Positions 1 through 10,312 are shown, numbered from the stretch's first letter. The stretch: 64,000 nt of DNA from Sumerlaeia bacterium (GCA_040219255.1 JAVJSW010000049.1:160001-224000), one strand, 5' to 3'. Notes: generated from the sequence alone by a model not told the origin. Program-made: numbers and translations.

Positions 1-801
1 GAACAGTTTCTTGTCGATGACGATGCCCATGCCCAGGCCGAAGCCGATGTTGATGACGGCGAAGGTGTTGAGGTCGCGGCCGGTGCCGAACCACATCGAG
101 CCGAGGGCGCTCATGCGGGCGTCGTTGTCGAGGAAGACGGGAACGCCGAAGCGTTCTTCCAGGCTGTGGCGGATCTGGCGTTCGTCCGTGCCGCCACCCG
201 CGTGCGTCGCGGCGGCGCCGTTCGATGCGGGCCCGGCGGGGCGTTCCGGTTCGCCGACGAGACCGGGCAGAGCCACGCCGATGCCGGCCAGCGGCGGAAG
301 CATGGAAGCCTGGGAGACGTAGAGGTTTTCGCCGAGGCGCACCAGCCGCTTGGCCAGTTCCTCCGCGGATTCGGACTCCGGCGTGTCTTCTTCGATGCGG
401 GCGAGGATCGTGCCCCCCAGGCTGACCGCCACACCGGTGGTTAGGCGCTTGCCGGCGTCGATGCCGACGACGCAGGCGGCCTGGGGATTGAGCGTGACGA
501 GTTTGGAATGGCGGCCCAGCCGGCTGGTCTTGCTTTTCTCTTCGAAGACGAGGTGTTCATCGAGGCTCTCCTGCACGAAGGAGGAGACGCTGGGCAGGTT
601 GAAGCCGGAGATATCGACGATATCGCGGCGGGAGATCGGCCCCGACTGGCGGATGATGTTCAGAACCTGGTGCTTGCGAAGACGGCGCTTCTCCAGGCTG
701 CGGGCGGCGGGGCTGGAGGAGTCGGGCAGAACGACCAGATCGGGGCGGGTCTTCAAGGGGGAAGTCAAGGAGGGCGAAACCTCGTGTGAATGGTTGCGCA
801 A
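1..801 (-). CDS. ROK-family (NagC/XylR-like) transcriptional regulator; 3' end runs off the window, start uncertain (TTG at 801, 768 or 756)
   Basis: Manual minus-strand translation: HTH region (VLNIIRQSGPISRRDIVDISGFNLPSVSSFV), then ROK motifs VVGIDAG, GIGVALPGLV, VPVFLDNDARMSALG, INIGFGLGMGIVID. Directly downstream of the sugar ABC permeases. Confidence 0.88.
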   Translation of the reverse strand, partial: MRNHSHEVSPSLTSPLKTRPDLVVLPDSSSPAARSLEKRRLRKHQVLNIIRQSGPISRRDIVDISGFNLPSVSSFVQESLDEHLVFEEKSKTSRLGRHSKLVTLNPQAACVVGIDAGKRLTTGVAVSLGGTILARIEEDTPESESAEELAKRLVRLGENLYVSQASMLPPLAGIGVALPGLVGEPERPAGPASNGAAATHAGGGTDERQIRHSLEERFGVPVFLDNDARMSALGSMWFGTGRDLNTFAVINIGFGLGMGIVIDKKLF

Positions 802-804
802 TCG

Positions 805-1683
805 TCAACTCTTCAGACCGGTCGTCGCAATACCAGAGACGAAGGCCTTTTGAGCGCAGATGTACAGGACCAGGATTGGCAAAATCGAGACCATGGCTGC
901 GGCCATCATTTTCGGCCAGTCGCTGCTGAATTGGCCTTGCAGGAAAGAGAGCCCAGCCGTCAACGGCATTTTTTCTAAAGTGTCTATATAAATGAGCGGA
1001 TTGAGCAGATCGTTCCAGCTCGCCATGAAGGTGAAGACCCCCAGCGTGGCGAGCGCGGGCCGCGACAGAGGCAGGTAGATCCGCCACAGGATCGTGAAAG
1101 GATTGCAGCCGTCCACCAGCGCCGCCTCGTAGAGATCTTTTGGTATGGAGATATAAAATTGCCGCAGAAAAAAGACGCCGAAGGCCCCGCCAAAAAACGT
1201 CGGCAGCCAAAGCGGATAGTGAGTGTCCTTCCAGCCGAGCCACTGGAACAGGATGAACACCGGGATGATCGTGAGTTGATAGGGCACCATCAGCGTCACC
1301 AGCGTCGCGCCGAAAATCACGGGCCGCCCCGGAAAGTTCAACCGCGCCATGGCGAATGCCGACATCGAGCAGGACAGCAGCATTCCCAAAACCGCCAACC
1401 CCGTGATCTTGAAGCTGTTGAGCGTGAAGCGCAGCACGGGCAGGTAGTCCTTCGTGAAAAGGTCCGTGTAGTTGCTCCAGTTCCATGCTTCCGGAATCAG
1501 CGTGGGCGGATAGGCGAAGGCCGACGAGAAGGTCTTGAGGGACGTCGACACCATCCAGAGGAACGGAAACACCATCGCCAGGGCGATGACTGTGAGCACA
1601 AAGTACCAGCCCGCGGCGGTGGCAATTTTCGAACCGCGGGGCCAGTTGTCGACCCAGCGGGGGGCCTGCGGAGATTTAGTCAT
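805..1683 (-). CDS. carbohydrate ABC transporter permease (MalG-type)
   Basis: PFLWMVSTSLK, EAA loop IPKDLYEAALVDGC, SWNDLLNPLIY. Confidence 0.95.
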   Translation of the reverse strand: MTKSPQAPRWVDNWPRGSKIATAAGWYFVLTVIALAMVFPFLWMVSTSLKTFSSAFAYPPTLIPEAWNWSNYTDLFTKDYLPVLRFTLNSFKITGLAVLGMLLSCSMSAFAMARLNFPGRPVIFGATLVTLMVPYQLTIIPVFILFQWLGWKDTHYPLWLPTFFGGAFGVFFLRQFYISIPKDLYEAALVDGCNPFTILWRIYLPLSRPALATLGVFTFMASWNDLLNPLIYIDTLEKMPLTAGLSFLQGQFSSDWPKMMAAAMVSILPILVLYICAQKAFVSGIATTGLKS

Positions 1684-2704
1684 GATGCACCCAAACTCTC
1701 TGAGCCCAGATCTGAATCAGGGTCACGGCGAAAATGATGACAAAGAGGGCGGTTCCGATAGTGGTCGCATAGCCCATCTGGAGGTATTCGAAGCCATTGC
1801 GGTAGAGATAGTACACAAGCGTCAACGTCGAGTCCGCCGGCCGGCCGTCGCGGGCCATGATATAGACCTGGTCGAAAACTTGAAATCCGGAAATCAATGT
1901 GATCACGATGACGAAAAAGGTGATGGGAGAAATCGTCGGCAGGGTCACGTGGAGGAACCGCTGAAAGCGGCCCGCGCCATCTAGGGTGGCCGCTTCGTTG
2001 AGAGACACGGGGACTTCCTGCAAGGCCGCCAGGAAAATCACCATGTTGTAACCGAGGCCCTTCCAGACGCTCATAATGATAATCGCCAGCATCGCCGTTC
2101 GAGGATCGTTCAGCCATTTGACGGGCTCGGGAGGCGTCAGTCCCACGAATTTGAAAGTCTGGGAAATCAGATAATTCAGAACCCCGATGTTCGGATCGTA
2201 GAACCACGTCCAAACCAGCGACACCGCCACGAAGGAAGTGACCACCGGCAGGAAATAGAGCGTGCGGAACACCTTGATGCCGGGCAGTTTCTGATTCACC
2301 AGGATCGCCAGCAGCAGCGACAGGACGACCCCCAGCGGCACGGACAGTGCCACGAAGTAGGCCGTGTTGGCGGAGGCCTTCCAGAACAGGCCGTCGGTCA
2401 GCAGACGCGTCCAATTGCCCAGCCCCTTGAACTCGGGCGCGGTGACGCCGTTCCACTCGCACAGGCTCAGAACCCAAGTGAAAACCACCGGTCCGGCGAC
2501 AAAAAACAGGAGGCCGAAGATGTAAGGCCCGGCCAGGATCAGACCCCACGTTCTCTCGAGCCGCTCCAACGGGCCTCTCCGGCGGGGTCGCTTCTTGGTG
2601 AGGGGCGGGTTCTGGCGAACCGTTTCGACCGCCACATCGGCGGCTTGGTGCTCGGGCCCGTCGTCGCGGACGGGCGCTTCGGACTTCAGCAGAGCCGCGC
2701 TCAT
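1676..2704 (-). CDS. carbohydrate ABC transporter permease (MalF-type)
   Basis: FRTLYFLPVV, EAA loop VPVSLNEAATLDGA, FQVFDQVY. ATG at 2704 overlaps the upstream stop codon. Confidence 0.95.
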   Translation of the reverse strand: MSAALLKSEAPVRDDGPEHQAADVAVETVRQNPPLTKKRPRRRGPLERLERTWGLILAGPYIFGLLFFVAGPVVFTWVLSLCEWNGVTAPEFKGLGNWTRLLTDGLFWKASANTAYFVALSVPLGVVLSLLLAILVNQKLPGIKVFRTLYFLPVVTSFVAVSLVWTWFYDPNIGVLNYLISQTFKFVGLTPPEPVKWLNDPRTAMLAIIIMSVWKGLGYNMVIFLAALQEVPVSLNEAATLDGAGRFQRFLHVTLPTISPITFFVIVITLISGFQVFDQVYIMARDGRPADSTLTLVYYLYRNGFEYLQMGYATTIGTALFVIIFAVTLIQIWAQRVWVHHD

Positions 2705-4023
2705 GGCGCCGTCGCCTCGGCCAGAATCGCCTCCACCTCGGCGGCGGCGTCGCGGCAAGCCTCGGTCGCCTCCTTGCGCCCCAGCCACACCAACTCCAAC
2801 TGCGACCGGATCGCCGCTTCCCATCGCGGAAAGCCCGGCGTGAACGGCAGCGGCTGGGCGTATTCGAACTGCGCCAGGAACGCCTCCTTCACCGCCGGCC
2901 GGTCCGCCAGGTACTCGGGCGACTCGGCGACGCTCTTCAGCGCCGGGATCGACGCGCGCAATTCAGCCAGCTTCTTCTGGTAGGCTTCCGACCCCATGAA
3001 CCGGATGAAGCGCCAAGCCGCTTCCTTGTCCGGCGAGGTGCTCGACATCACGTGGCACAACCCGTTCACCGGCGCGGCTTCACGTTTGCCGGCGGGCAGG
3101 GGAACCACGCTCCACTCAAAGGCGTCGATCTCGTCGTAATTGTTCACCATCCACGACCCATCGGTCGTCATCGCGACCCGGCCGGTCAGGAACATCTGCG
3201 ACCCAAAGGCCGCGGCCTGCGAAGCGTCCGGCGACACCTCGTGCTCGGTCACGAGCGAGGTGTAGAACTCGAGAGCCTCGCGGGCGGCCGCCGTGTCGAG
3301 CAGGCACTCCGTGCGATCTTCCGAAAGAATCCGCCCGCCGTTCTGCCATACGAAGGACCCCCAGTGAACCTCCATCGATTCGAAGGAGGCCAGAAAGCCG
3401 AACTGATCGGTGCGCCCATCGCCGTCGTGATCCCGCGTCAACGCCTTCGCCGCCTCCAGCAGATCGGGCCAGGTCCACTCGCTCGTGGGATGCGCGATGC
3501 CCGCCTCGTCGAACAGGTTCTTGTTGAAATACAGGGCCACCGTGTTGCAATCGCGGGGCATGCCGTAGCGTCGGCCATCCACGGTGAAGACCTCGATGGG
3601 AGCCTGATAGTAGGCGCCGAGGTCGATGGACGGATCGTTGGCGAAACGCTCGGTCAAGTCCTCGATCTGACCCAGAGCCAGGTAATCGTGGAACTGCGTG
3701 CCGCCCAGGAGGAAGACATCGGGGGCGCTCCTGGCCGCCATCTGAGCCTGGATTTTCCGGTTGTATTCGGCCCAGGAGGCGTACTCCACCTTGATCTCGA
3801 TATCGGGGTTCTGGGCTTCGAAGAGCGAAATCAGCTCCTTCTCCGCCGCGATCTCCGAAGGCAACCCCCAGCGGCCGTAGCGCACCAGCGTCTTCTCCGG
3901 AGCGCCGCTTCCGCCGCCGCAGGCCGACAGCAGGGCCAGACCCGCCAGCGCGGTCGCGAAGCAAACCCCCAGGCCCGGCGCCCCGTTCTTTCTCAGTGAG
4001 TTTCGAAGTCGAAAAAGCCGCAT
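2701..4023 (-). CDS. sugar ABC transporter substrate-binding lipoprotein
   Basis: Lipobox LLSAC, FEAQNPDIEIK, LYFNKNLFDEAGI, WTWPDLLEAAKALT. First gene of the ABC operon. Confidence 0.93.
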   Translation of the reverse strand: MRLFRLRNSLRKNGAPGLGVCFATALAGLALLSACGGGSGAPEKTLVRYGRWGLPSEIAAEKELISLFEAQNPDIEIKVEYASWAEYNRKIQAQMAARSAPDVFLLGGTQFHDYLALGQIEDLTERFANDPSIDLGAYYQAPIEVFTVDGRRYGMPRDCNTVALYFNKNLFDEAGIAHPTSEWTWPDLLEAAKALTRDHDGDGRTDQFGFLASFESMEVHWGSFVWQNGGRILSEDRTECLLDTAAAREALEFYTSLVTEHEVSPDASQAAAFGSQMFLTGRVAMTTDGSWMVNNYDEIDAFEWSVVPLPAGKREAAPVNGLCHVMSSTSPDKEAAWRFIRFMGSEAYQKKLAELRASIPALKSVAESPEYLADRPAVKEAFLAQFEYAQPLPFTPGFPRWEAAIRSQLELVWLGRKEATEACRDAAAEVEAILAEATAP

Positions 4024-4177
4024 GGCGAAAAACCCTTTCCCAGAGGTCGGCGACCGCCGCGCACGGCGCGATGGAGCCGCGAGGAGAAGTCGATGTTGCA
4101 ACAAGAGGTAGGGGAGGCCGCACGAGTTTGTCAATTCGATTTTTAAAACTTCTACAACAATGGTTGCGCCTTTCTTT

Positions 4178-5149
4178 TCAGGCATCCGCGCTTCCAGTCC
4201 CGTCTCTTCGCGAACGCTCCGGCCGGCGGAATCCGAGCTGGGCGGCACTGACCGGCAGGCCCATCTCCGGCGACACCTCCCACCGCACGCGGTCCAGCGC
4301 CACCGGCAAGACCGCCTTGGCCAGCGAAAGGGCCGCCATGGTACCGACCGACGGCGCAACGATCAGATCGAAGATTTCCACGCCCGGACCCTCGCCCGGC
4401 ATCAGCGATGCCACGCCGCAAGGCAGACCGGTGGCCAACGGGCCGCCATCGAGAACGGCGATGCGGTGCCTTGCCACGTCCCACGACGGAGCGAAGAGCT
4501 TCGCCAGAAGCGGGTGCTCGAGCGAACCCGGCCGGTCCATCCCCAGGCCCCGCCAGGCGAATCCAGCGGGAGCCTGCGGCGGCAGGCAAAAAAGGTTCAG
4601 CCGGGGCCAGTCACCCCATTCGAACCCGCGCACCCGCCACCGGTGCGCTTCTCCGCAGGACGGGGGAACGGTTCCCCAGACCATGGCACCAGCCAGGCCG
4701 GGGACGGAGCGAAAACCCATCTTGCCATAGAACGCCTCCTGATGCGAATCGGGTTCCACATTGAGTTGCAGGCAACGCACGCCGCGGCCTCCGCAATCGG
4801 CCAGCAGGGCCCCGAAAAGTGCCCTGGCGATGCCGCGCCGGCGATGACTCGCTCGCGTGAACACATGGCCCAGCAATCCGGCGCCTCCGCCCTCCCAGGT
4901 GCACACGTTGGCAACCGGCTTGCCATCGTCGAGCGCCAGATAGAAGCGCCACGCGAGCCCGTCGCGCACACCGGGGGCCTCCTCTCCGCCTTGGCGGCGG
5001 AAGTCCTCGAGATGGGCCATCCAAGGCTGACCCTTGTGCCCCAGAAGATCGGCGAGTTCGAAGGAGGACAGGGAGCGATGCACCGCCAGGGCGAGACCGT
5101 CGTACTCGCCCAAAGGACTGAAATCATCCGCATTGTTGGCCGGTTTCAT
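4178..5149 (-). CDS. GNAT-family N-acetyltransferase
   Basis: Acetyl-CoA motif VFTRASHRRRGIARAL and AFYGKMGF. Confidence 0.8.
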   Translation of the reverse strand: MKPANNADDFSPLGEYDGLALAVHRSLSSFELADLLGHKGQPWMAHLEDFRRQGGEEAPGVRDGLAWRFYLALDDGKPVANVCTWEGGGAGLLGHVFTRASHRRRGIARALFGALLADCGGRGVRCLQLNVEPDSHQEAFYGKMGFRSVPGLAGAMVWGTVPPSCGEAHRWRVRGFEWGDWPRLNLFCLPPQAPAGFAWRGLGMDRPGSLEHPLLAKLFAPSWDVARHRIAVLDGGPLATGLPCGVASLMPGEGPGVEIFDLIVAPSVGTMAALSLAKAVLPVALDRVRWEVSPEMGLPVSAAQLGFRRPERSRRDGTGSADA

Positions 5150-5204
5150 CTCGAAATCCTTTCCGCGTGGGGGCTCTTTTTTCTGGGGAGGATGTGAAAA
5201 TCTA

Positions 5205-5221
5205 TTGACAGGGAATGTCAA
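5205..5221. promoter_or_regulatory. palindrome TTGACA-N5-TGTCAA in a divergent intergenic region (operator or back-to-back -35 boxes)
   Basis: Perfect inverted repeat in the AT-rich gap between the divergent GNAT/ABC genes and the pilin gene. Confidence 0.45.
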
Positions 5222-5303
5222 ACTGGATTTTTAAAACGCATTCAATAAATGACCTCAAGAATTGCGGGCCAGTCCCTTCCACCCTATCAGGAGTTCGCAG
5301 CGT

Positions 5304-6011
5304 ATGGTTTTCTCTTCCCCTTTCCGGAGACTTCCGGCTCCTCCGGCAGTCCGTCGCGGAGCCCTCAAGGGGGTCACTTTCCGGGCCTTCACACTGATCG
5401 AGCTTCTGATCGTCGTCGCGATCATCGCCATTTTGGCGGCCATCGCGGTTCCCAATTTCCTGGAAGCCCAGACTCGTGCGAAGACCTCGCGCGTGAAGTC
5501 CGACATGCGCTCCCTCGCCACCGCCCTTGAGTCCTACCGTGTGGACTCGAATCAGTACCCTTACGGCGATGGCACGGGCGACGGGTTCACGGCGGTCGCG
5601 GGGACACGGCGCCTGACGACACCGATCGCTTACATGACGACGATTCCGATCGATGTGTTCTCGCCCGATCCGAACACGGCGCCGTCCGCCGGTGCCTTTA
5701 TCCATCCCTACTCGCCCGCTTTCTTCTACGTTTCCTCGCGCCCCGGCGGCTTCCCTGGAATCGCGGCCAGCGCGGGCACTTGGGGCTGGCTCGTCGTCGA
5801 CTATCGTGTCAACGCCCTCGCCGTCGCCCCCAACACGGTGCTGGGAGCCGCTCTCGCCAACGAGTCGGAGAACGTTTTCTGGGAGCTTCGCAGCCTCGGT
5901 CCCGACCGCGAAGGCAACTCCAGCTTCCCCTACGATCCCACGAACGGAACGATCAGTTCCGGCGACGTCACCCTCTTCGGTCCCGGCAACTCGGGCAAGA
6001 ACGGCTTCTGA
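5304..6011 (+). CDS. prepilin-type N-terminal cleavage/methylation protein (GspG/pseudopilin-like)
   Basis: AFTLIELLIVVAIIAILAAIAVPNFLEAQTR; C-terminal YDPTNGTISSGDV. Start uncertain. Confidence 0.9.
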   Translation: MVFSSPFRRLPAPPAVRRGALKGVTFRAFTLIELLIVVAIIAILAAIAVPNFLEAQTRAKTSRVKSDMRSLATALESYRVDSNQYPYGDGTGDGFTAVAGTRRLTTPIAYMTTIPIDVFSPDPNTAPSAGAFIHPYSPAFFYVSSRPGGFPGIAASAGTWGWLVVDYRVNALAVAPNTVLGAALANESENVFWELRSLGPDREGNSSFPYDPTNGTISSGDVTLFGPGNSGKNGF

Positions 6012-6090
6012 CGCCGCCGTCTTTCCCGGCCGGCGCCACCCTCGAATCGAACGACCCCCGCTTCACTTCCCACAGGAGATTTTCCCCATC

Positions 6091-7518
6091 ATGCCACACA
6101 ATTTCAGAAACCACCTCCTGGGCTTCGCCGCCCTCAGCGCCCTTCCGCTTCTCGCTTCCGGAGCCGGCGCGCAGACACTCATCGAGAACTTTGAATTCGC
6201 CACCGACAACGCCGCCACCTCCGCCGCTCTGACCGTTGGCGTGGACCCTTCCGTGACCCTGAATCCCGTCAGCGGTTCCGGCGCCGACGCCAACGAGGGC
6301 ACTTTCTCCCTGGGCCTGGACCTCAATCTGGGCGGCGCCGCCTTCGAATCCGGGTTCGTGCGCCGCGTCCTCGCCGCGCCGGTCGCACTGTCCAAACCCT
6401 ACACCACCAGCGGCGTCGACAGCGACAACATCGCCGACCTGCGCGTCACCATCGACGTCAAGGGTGCCCCCGCCTTCGCCAGTTCCCTGAACACCAACCT
6501 GTGGATTCGCCTCAACGAAGCCGATGGCGACATCTGGCGCTACATCAACTTCAGCGACCCCGCCCTCAACGCCGCCACCTACACCGACGACCTGCGCCTG
6601 TTCGGCTTGGTTGATCGCGATGGGGCCTCCACCGGCGACGGCAACTTCACGGAAATCGTCAGCGTCGATCTGCTGATCCAAAACCCCGACGCCGTCGCCA
6701 AAGTGGGCACCATCTTCCTCGACGATCTGAAGGTGGAAGAACCCTCCGACGGCCCCACCTCCACCGGCCTGACCTATGTGGTGCCCCTGATCGATCCCGG
6801 CAACGCCCCCGACGTGACGGATTCCACCTTCGACGCGATCTTCGACAACGGCGGCGCCCATCAGGTCATCACCGGCGAGGACTGGAAAGACTGGGCTTCC
6901 CGCGCTTCCGACGAAGGCACTCCGATCACCGACAACCCCACCTCGGGCACGGAAATCGCCGCCACGTCCAAGGCCTATCTGCTCAGCGACGGCGACACCC
7001 TGTACTTCGGCATGCTCGTTTACGATCCCGACACCTCGGCCATGACCGCCGACACGGGCGACGACACCTATACGAAGTTCAATGTGGAAGACATCGAGGT
7101 CGCCTTCTCCGCCCTCTCCGGCGCCGCAGGCGTCAGCGACGCGGTCAAGCTGACCGCCGACGCTTTCGGAAACTTCGACGACATGATGCCCGACAGCCCC
7201 GCCGGCACGGCGATCAACACGTCGGCCCTGACGAACAGCAACAGCTACATCATCGACGCTAACACCTGGGCCGTGGAATGGAGCGTCGGCATCAATGAGT
7301 TGGTCAACCTCAGCGCGGCCAATCTCACGAACACCCTGCCCAGCGCACCGGGCACCTGGTACGGCCATATCGGCTATCAGTCGCCCTTCCCCACGGCCAA
7401 CCCGCGCGTTCCGCTCTATGCCGCCGGCCACGCCAACGGCTTCGCGAACTTCTCGGTCGAGTTCCTGCTTCCCGGCCCGGCTTCCGCCCACCTCGCCGTG
7501 TGGTCGCTCTACGAGTAA
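6091..7518 (+). CDS. secreted protein with a possible CBM9/DOMON-like carbohydrate-binding domain
   Basis: AGGAG RBS, signal peptide, CBM9-like segments (YLLSDGDTLYFGMLVYD, EDIEVAF, WAVEWSV); ends VWSLYE. Confidence 0.65.
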   Translation: MPHNFRNHLLGFAALSALPLLASGAGAQTLIENFEFATDNAATSAALTVGVDPSVTLNPVSGSGADANEGTFSLGLDLNLGGAAFESGFVRRVLAAPVALSKPYTTSGVDSDNIADLRVTIDVKGAPAFASSLNTNLWIRLNEADGDIWRYINFSDPALNAATYTDDLRLFGLVDRDGASTGDGNFTEIVSVDLLIQNPDAVAKVGTIFLDDLKVEEPSDGPTSTGLTYVVPLIDPGNAPDVTDSTFDAIFDNGGAHQVITGEDWKDWASRASDEGTPITDNPTSGTEIAATSKAYLLSDGDTLYFGMLVYDPDTSAMTADTGDDTYTKFNVEDIEVAFSALSGAAGVSDAVKLTADAFGNFDDMMPDSPAGTAINTSALTNSNSYIIDANTWAVEWSVGINELVNLSAANLTNTLPSAPGTWYGHIGYQSPFPTANPRVPLYAAGHANGFANFSVEFLLPGPASAHLAVWSLYE

Positions 7519-7552
7519 AACCACCGGCCCTCTGACAGGCATCCTCCACACA

Positions 7553-7600
7553 AAGAAACCCAGCGTTGAGCGACAAGACTCGGACGCTGGGTTTCTTCTT
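7553..7600. terminator. bidirectional rho-independent terminator
   Basis: AAGAAACCCAGCGT...ACGCTGGGTTTCTT stem between convergent genes. Confidence 0.75.
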
Positions 7601-7619
7601 GAGATCCCGGGCTTGCGGC

Positions 7620-8312
7620 TTACCCCGGGAACGCCCGCGAAGGAATCCGGAACACGTTCCCCATGCTGACCGTTCCGTTCGTCGGATCGTAGCGATTCCC
7701 CAGGTTGTACCGCGACATCGATATCGTGACGCCATTTTCATCCACCACGTGCAGCGTCTGGCTCGGGCCCACGCTGAACAGCAGCCACCGCGCCGGCGTC
7801 AGCGCCGGATCCGTTACCGCCGTGTCCGGGCCGATACCCTCCATCCTGCCGTTGCCCACCGCGTCGGCCGGCACCAGCACCGCCATCGCCGTCGTCCTCG
7901 TGCCGTCGAGATAGCCGAAACCGGCCCGCTCGTAGTAATACGGCCCCTCTGTAAACGTCAGCCCGGAGCCCGAATCGAGCGGATGCTTGAAGGCGTCTTG
8001 CGGCACATCGGTCATGTACGCGATCGGCGTCGTCAGCCCGCCGGGCCGCTCCACCGCGTTCAGCCGCGGATAGCCTTCGGGCACCATGAACAGCGCCCCG
8101 CCCACCGACTCCGAATACGGATAGGTGTTGTTGTCCACCGCGTAGGCCTCGACCGCCGTGGCGATGGTGCGCATGTCCGACGCCACGCGCGAGACCTTAC
8201 TGCGCGTCTGCGCCTCCAGGAAATTCGGCACGGCGATCGCCGCCAGGATCGCGATGATCGCCACCACGATCAAGAGTTCGATGAGTGTGAATGCTTGTGT
8301 TCTGTTCTTCAT
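7620..8312 (-). CDS. second prepilin-type N-terminal cleavage/methylation protein (paralog of 5304-6011)
   Basis: MKNRTQAFTLIELLIVVAIIAILAAIAVPNFLEAQTR, LTTPIAYMT, YDPTNGTVSMGNV. Confidence 0.9.
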   Translation of the reverse strand: MKNRTQAFTLIELLIVVAIIAILAAIAVPNFLEAQTRSKVSRVASDMRTIATAVEAYAVDNNTYPYSESVGGALFMVPEGYPRLNAVERPGGLTTPIAYMTDVPQDAFKHPLDSGSGLTFTEGPYYYERAGFGYLDGTRTTAMAVLVPADAVGNGRMEGIGPDTAVTDPALTPARWLLFSVGPSQTLHVVDENGVTISMSRYNLGNRYDPTNGTVSMGNVFRIPSRAFPG

Positions 8313-8565
8313 GATATTCAATCCAGCCTCCAATACAGCGGGTGATTTCGAACGGTCTTGTGGACCTTCCAATTCCGATTTCACGCATCCTATTTCCCGC
8401 CCCCTCACCGGTCAAGGTTCATCGGGCCGCACGGAAAGCTTTGTCCTGTAGGGGACAAAAGCGCAAACTGGCCAATCTATTCATCCTTGATGGGAGAACC
8501 TCCGGTCATGCCGACGGGGCCTTGCTCTTCATTCGAGCTTTACCTACCCCTCCTCGAAACTAACC

Positions 8566-8594
8566 CCTCCGTGCCTTCGTGTCTCCGTGGTGAA
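8566..8594. repeat. short intergenic REP-like element (CTCCGTG-type), related to 27964-28036 and 30273-30303
   Basis: CCTCCGTGCCTTCGTGTCTCCGTGGTGAA versus CTCTCCGTGTCTCCGCTTCTCCGTGGTGA. Confidence 0.45.
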
Positions 8595-8612
8595 ACCTCT
8601 TCAAGGCGGCGC

Positions 8613-9959
8613 CTAAACCCCTGCCAGCGCCGCCTCCGGCTCCCGCGTCAACACCTCGCCCAGCAGCGTATGCGAGTGCCCCTCGGTGATCCGCACGTCC
8701 ACCAGTTGGCCGACGAGCCGCTCCTCGCCGCTGAACACCACCGTCTTGTCCGTGCGCGTGCGGCCTTTCAGGTCGTTGCCGCGGCGGCTCGGGCCCTCGA
8801 CCAGAACCTGGTGCACGCGGCCCACTTCGGCGGCGTTCAGCTCGGCGCTGATGCGCTCCTGCAGCGCGATCAGCCGCTCCAGCCGGTCCTTCTTCACCAA
8901 CATCGGCAGTTGATCCTCCAGCGTGGCGGCGGGCGTTCCCTGGCGCGGGCTGTACATGAACATGAACGCCGTGTCGTAGCGCATGTCCTCCACCAGCCGC
9001 AGCGTGTCCTGGAACTCCTCCTCCGTCTCGCCGGGAAAGCCGACGATGATGTCGGTCGTCAGGCCACAGACCGGATTCTGCTCGCGGAATTGATCCACCA
9101 GCATGCGGTAGCGTTCGATGTTGTAGGCGCGCTTCATGTTGCGCAGCACGGTGTTGTTGCCGGCCTGAACGGGCAGGTGCAGGCTTTCCATCACCTTCTC
9201 GCACTCGGCGATGGCCGAGAGGTGGCGGCGCTGGGCGCTCTTGGGGTTCGACGTGGTGTAGCGGATGCGCCAGAGCCCCTCGATCTCGTTCAGCGCGTGC
9301 AGCAAATCGGCGAAGTCGTGGCGGTCGTCGTCGCGATAGGAATTCACGTTCTGGCCCAGGAGACAAATCTCTTTGTACCCGCGAGAGACGAGGTCCTCGC
9401 ATTCCGCGACGATTTCCGCCATCGGCCGGCTCCACTCCACCCCGCGCGTGTAGGGCACGATGCAGAAGGTGCATTTGTTGTTACAGCCGAACATGATGTT
9501 CACGAACGCCTTCAGGCCGCTCTTGCGCGCCGGCAACGTCGGCAGCGACAACGGTTTATCCAGGTCCTCGATGCTGACAAAGCGGTCGCCCGTGCGGCGC
9601 ACTTCGTCCACCAGTTGATCGACCTTCACATAATCCCGCGTCCCCATGATCAGGTCCACGTGGGGGAATTTTTCCAGCAGTTCCTGGCCCTTGTCCTGCG
9701 CCGCGCAGCCGCTGATCGCGATCACCATGTCGGGGTTTTTCGCCTTCGCCGGCTTCAACGACATCACCCGCCCATAGGCCCGCTGCTCGGCCCCGTCGCG
9801 CACCGTGCAGGTGTTGAAGACGATCACGTCAGCGTCGTGCTCGTTCTCTTCGGGGGCCTGCTCCTCGAGCCCCCGATTGCGCAGCAGCGCCGCCATGATT
9901 TCGCTGTCATGCTCGTTCATCTGACAGCCATAGGTGATGATGCGGTACTTGCCGGCCAT
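8613..9959 (-). CDS. miaB: tRNA-2-methylthio-N6-dimethylallyladenosine synthase
   Basis: TYGCQMNEHDSE, NTCTVR, radical SAM motif CNNKCTFC, C-terminal TRAM domain. Confidence 0.96.
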   Translation of the reverse strand: MAGKYRIITYGCQMNEHDSEIMAALLRNRGLEEQAPEENEHDADVIVFNTCTVRDGAEQRAYGRVMSLKPAKAKNPDMVIAISGCAAQDKGQELLEKFPHVDLIMGTRDYVKVDQLVDEVRRTGDRFVSIEDLDKPLSLPTLPARKSGLKAFVNIMFGCNNKCTFCIVPYTRGVEWSRPMAEIVAECEDLVSRGYKEICLLGQNVNSYRDDDRHDFADLLHALNEIEGLWRIRYTTSNPKSAQRRHLSAIAECEKVMESLHLPVQAGNNTVLRNMKRAYNIERYRMLVDQFREQNPVCGLTTDIIVGFPGETEEEFQDTLRLVEDMRYDTAFMFMYSPRQGTPAATLEDQLPMLVKKDRLERLIALQERISAELNAAEVGRVHQVLVEGPSRRGNDLKGRTRTDKTVVFSGEERLVGQLVDVRITEGHSHTLLGEVLTREPEAALAGV

Positions 9960-10312
9960 GATGCGTGCGGTGCTCCGGGTGCGAAGGGCGTCGTGAATTC
10001 TCGGCGGCAAGCGAAATCTCTCGCCAGCGCGTGGAGCAATGTCCCGGCCCGCCGCGGGTTTGTCAAGGCGCGCCGGGGTCGGGAGTCCAACGCCCGGCGG
10101 CGAAAAACCGAAAGGGCAAAGGATCGCGGGCGGAGAGACCCGATGTGCGATAAGTGTATTTTGTCTATCTTGTCCCGTAAGCTCCACATGAGGGGACAAA
10201 CGGCCCGGCCTGTGAAACACTCTCCCCGGATCGTCACCTCACCGGGAGCCCCCACGCCATGACCACCCTATCGCACACCGAGCCGGCCACCTTACCGGCC
10301 ACCCGTTTATCG

